19,359 nucleotides of DNA. Origin: Acidobacteriota bacterium (lineage in GTDB: Bacteria > Acidobacteriota > UBA4820 > DSQY01). The notes under the pieces are model-generated. The model saw nothing but the letters and a program-made list of their open reading frames with translations. It did no database searches and was not told where the DNA came from. Positions 16,929 to 19,359 of this stretch are shown piece after piece (the first letter of the stretch is position 1; every line of letters begins with the position of its first letter). The stretch covers positions 1-19,359 of the forward strand of contig JBMFSH010000042.1 in assembly GCA_049967655.1 (NCBI GenBank), written 5' to 3'. Made by a program: the position numbers and the translations under genes.

Positions 16929-17111
16929 GGAGCCAACCTCCTTACTCCCCCGGTCTCGTACCCGTACCAGCATCCTGTTTTGACTTCGGCCTTGCATGCC
17001 CCCCGGGGCCGCTCTTGCACACGTTGCCGACACCAACGATCTTCCACCCTTACTCCACGTCTGGCCAAGGGCGCCAGGCGCCTGTACACTAAGACCGCAC
17101 CGTTAAATAAT

Positions 17112-17218
17112 AGGGACAGGCACCCATTTCTCTGTTGTCGAACGACCTCCGGCATACGGACACCCCAACACCGACCTTAGTTTCCGAAAATGACTCTCGA
17201 AAATAGGTGGCCGTCCCT
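17112..17218. repeat. 107-nt element bounded by 18-bp imperfect inverted repeats (MITE/REP-like)
   Basis: AGGGACAGGCACCCATTT (17112-17129) vs reverse complement of 17201-17218 AGGGACGGCCACCTATTT: 15/18 identical. Confidence 0.6.
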
Positions 17219-17225
17219 TGTTCTA

Positions 17226-17251
17226 TGGATTCCCGCTTGCGCGGGAATGAC
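17226..17251 (-). repeat. REP-like palindrome GTCATTCCCGCGCAAGCGGGAATCCA
   Basis: ATTCCC-N8-GGGAAT core, the same form as Neisseria dRS3-type and related widespread intergenic repeats. Confidence 0.8.
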
Positions 17252-17291
17252 GCAGAAAGGGGCCCCCATCGCTTCGAAGGCCTCCCCACAC

Positions 17292-17315
17292 CCTCATCAC
17301 CTCATCTCCTAATCT
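17292..17315. repeat. Octamer repeat CCT(C/A)ATC(A/T) x3
   Basis: CCTCATCA CCTCATCT CCTAATCT. Confidence 0.55.
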
Positions 17316-17339
17316 CGCCTCCAAAGGCCCTCCCCCGCC

Positions 17340-17379
17340 CTAGTCCCCTAGTCTCCTAGTCCCCTAGTCCGCTAGTCCC
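17340..17379. repeat. Octamer tandem repeat CTAGTCCC x5
   Basis: CTAGTCCC CTAGTCTC CTAGTCCC CTAGTCCG CTAGTCCC, 4 nt past the stop of the 17384 gene. Confidence 0.9.
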
Positions 17380-17383
17380 CTGA

Positions 17384-18775
17384 TCACGGCAGGGGCAGCG
17401 CGGCGTGGATGAGCTTGTAATCCCCCTTGCGGGTGTCGGGGACGACGGCCCAGCCGTCGTTGAGGGTGAGGGTCCAGCCGTCGCCCTTGAGAGGGCGGGC
17501 CTTGACATCCTTGGGGGCGGGGACGCGGACGCCGTTGACAAAGCCCTCCTTCTGGAGGAGCAGGGCGCCGTGCTTGGCTTCCAGGATGCCCCAGGCGGCG
17601 GAGACGCGCAGGTAGGGGTAGACGGTGCCGAGCCCCTCCAGCGGGACGGGGTTGGTGGGGTCGAAGGAGTAGGTGAAGTAGGAGGCGGCGGGCAGGGTGA
17701 GGACGGGGCCCTCCACGAAGCGCGCGTGCAGATCCTTCACCTCCTGGATCTTCTGCTGGGCGCGCTTGTCCTCCTCGGCCGCGAGCTGGGCCCCGCCGTA
17801 GGCCTTGGCGCGGGCCTCGGCGGCGGCCTTGAGATCGGCGGGGAGGGCGATGCCGTCGGCCTGGGCGAGGAGCGCGGAGAGGTCGTCCTTCGGCTTGAGG
17901 GCGCGCTGCCAGCCGGGCTTGGCGCCGTCCAGCAGGAGCCCGTAGGCGGGGCCGGTGACGTAGGCGAAGCTGCGGATGAAGCTGGGGTAGGAGGGGGCGC
18001 CCTGGAGGCCGGCGGCGGCGTAGGCCTCCGCCTCGGCGCGGCTGCGGGCGCTGAGGGCGATGCCGACGTACTCGGGGATGCCCTCGTGCATCTCGAGGGC
18101 CTGCTCGTCGGCGGCCTCGCCCGGGAAGAGGGAGCGGCGGTAGGCGCGGAAGAGCAGGGCGTCCTCCACGGCGCGGCGGCGCGACTGCTTGGGGCCCACG
18201 AGGGCGGCCTGGAGGGCACGCCATTCGAGCTGGAGCCAGAGGCGGCCGTCGCGGGTGTCGAGGGCGTCGCAGGCGGTGTCCGGCCCGCTCAGGCCGAGCT
18301 TCTCCTGGATGCGGTGGAAGGACTCGTGCATGAGGAGCACGTCGCGCTGCAAGCGGTTCTGCGGGAGCGGCCAACGCACCATGGTCCAGTCCACGCCGGC
18401 CCAGCGCATGGCCGTGTTGGCGATGTTCTCCTCCGGGGGCAGGGTGCCCACGAAGACGCTGCCCTCGGCCTTGAGGAGGTTCTTGTAGTCGGGGCGGTTG
18501 GCCACCACTTCGCGCGTGGCCTCGTCCACGAAGAGCATGGAGCCGTAGAGGGGGGTGCCCCACATGCGGCCGCCGTCGGCGTCCGAGAGGGCCTTGGCCT
18601 CCTGGAAGACTTTCGCCGCCAGCGTGAGGTCGATGCCCGCCGCGGGCTTGGCGGGCTGAGCGCCGCGCGTCGCGGCCGAGGCCGCCACCAGCATCAGGGC
18701 CAGCCCCAGGAGCCGGCCGGTCCAGCCGCGGAGCCCGCGTCGTCCCCCACCGCCGTTCGTCGCCTTGCATGTCAT
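17384..18775 (-). CDS. Secreted hypothetical protein, putative gluzincin-like zinc peptidase
   Basis: RBS GGGAGG; signal peptide RLLGLALMLVAASAATRGA; LLMHESFH at 18314-18328; HEGIPEYVG at about 18062-18088. Confidence 0.8.
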   Translation of the reverse strand: MTCKATNGGGGRRGLRGWTGRLLGLALMLVAASAATRGAQPAKPAAGIDLTLAAKVFQEAKALSDADGGRMWGTPLYGSMLFVDEATREVVANRPDYKNLLKAEGSVFVGTLPPEENIANTAMRWAGVDWTMVRWPLPQNRLQRDVLLMHESFHRIQEKLGLSGPDTACDALDTRDGRLWLQLEWRALQAALVGPKQSRRRAVEDALLFRAYRRSLFPGEAADEQALEMHEGIPEYVGIALSARSRAEAEAYAAAGLQGAPSYPSFIRSFAYVTGPAYGLLLDGAKPGWQRALKPKDDLSALLAQADGIALPADLKAAAEARAKAYGGAQLAAEEDKRAQQKIQEVKDLHARFVEGPVLTLPAASYFTYSFDPTNPVPLEGLGTVYPYLRVSAAWGILEAKHGALLLQKEGFVNGVRVPAPKDVKARPLKGDGWTLTLNDGWAVVPDTRKGDYKLIHAALPLP

Positions 18776-18882
18776 GGGAAACCTCCCGCGGGCCGTGGCC
18801 CCCGCCCACCCGGGCCGCCCGCCGATCGAGGGGCCATGGTACCACGCGGGGAAATGGCGTGATGAGGGGATGGGGCGATGAA

Positions 18883-18986
18883 GCGATTGAGCGATTAAGC
18901 GATTAAGCGATTAAGCGATTGAGCGATTGAGCGATTGAGCGATTAAGCGATTAAGCGATTAAGCGATTGAGCGATTGAGCGATTGA
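18883..18986. repeat. Octamer tandem repeat GCGATT(A/G)A x13
   Basis: Thirteen in-phase units, preceded by three degenerate units from 18859. Confidence 0.97.
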
Positions 18987-19028
18987 GGAGGGAGGATGGC
19001 CTCGCTCCGCCCGGTCGCCCCTCGCGCC

Positions 19029-19180
19029 TCGCTGAATCGCATCCTCGCTGAATCGCATCCTTGCTTAATCGCATCTCGCTTCATCGCGTCTCGCTTAATC
19101 GCGTCTCGCTTAATCGCATCTCGCTTAATCGCATCTCGCTTAATCGCGTCTCGCTTCATCGCGTCTCGCTTCATCGCGTT
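19029..19180. repeat. Composite 15-mer repeat TCGCTT(A/C)ATCGC(A/G)TC x8 plus two 16-mer variants
   Basis: TCGCTGAATCGCATCC x2 (19029-19060), then eight 15-mers (19061-19180); each unit is an 8-mer plus a 7-mer. Confidence 0.95.
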
Positions 19181-19241
19181 TCGCCCCTCGCGTCTCGCCT
19201 CCCGTAGTACCATGACCCTGCGCGGTGCATAGGAGCAGGCC

Positions 19242-19359
19242 ATGTCTGAGACGATCGGGTTCATCGGGCTGGGGGCCATGGGCGGGCCCATGGCGGGCAA
19301 CCTCCTGAAGGCGGGCTTGGAGGTGCGCGTCTTCAACCGGACCGCCTCGAAGGCCCAGG
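19242..19359 (+). CDS. NAD(P)-dependent oxidoreductase, 3-hydroxyisobutyrate dehydrogenase family (5' part only)
   Basis: MSETIGFIGLGAMGGPMAGNLLKAGLEVRVFNRTASKA; RBS AGGAG; TACCAT at 19208-19213 as a possible -10. Confidence 0.9.
   Translation, partial: MSETIGFIGLGAMGGPMAGNLLKAGLEVRVFNRTASKAQ

Noticed and set aside
15369..18862. 603-aa and 485-aa plus-strand ORFs and the 493-aa minus ORF
   Set aside because: Alternative-frame or antisense shadows, Arg/Pro/Gly-rich, overlapping better-supported genes.
18883..19180. CRISPR array
   Set aside because: Units are 8 and 15 nt and directly tandem, with no unique spacers and no cas genes.
18959..19336. ORFs encoding KRDAI / IASRL pentapeptide repeats
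   Set aside because: They arise from the 15-nt DNA repeat. The minus ORF overlaps the real dehydrogenase antisense. The plus ORF (18996-19232) does follow GGAGG and cannot be fully excluded, but has no other support.

Overview
GC-rich bacterial chromosomal window, mostly minus-strand genes; lineage cannot be fixed from sequence alone. Left to right: a large secreted thermolysin-like (M4/M36) preproprotease running off the left edge and absent from the ORF track; a small ORF bracketed by a sigma54-type promoter and a terminator; a DsrE2-like sulfur carrier; a HisJ-family PHP phosphatase; an OPT oligopeptide transporter carrying a ~250-aa loop insertion made of two ~110-aa tandem repeats; a signal-peptide-bearing tricorn (S41) protease; fumC coupled to an SDR, preceded by a PaaI/alpha-beta-hydrolase chimeric remnant; hicB plus truncated hicA ahead of a beta-carbonic anhydrase; a Cys-rich secreted protein with an internal duplicated GLxCxDC motif; a secreted HEXXH...EGxxEY protein; and the start of a 3-hydroxyisobutyrate-dehydrogenase-family gene. 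Many intergenic gaps carry different 7/8-mer tandem arrays, including a mutually inverted pair at 18.9-19.2 kb, plus REP-like palindromes. No rRNA, tRNA, CRISPR array or transposase was recognised. The best candidate for something undescribed is the repeat-domain OPT next to an exported tricorn protease. All family calls come from motif recognition by eye, not database searches.
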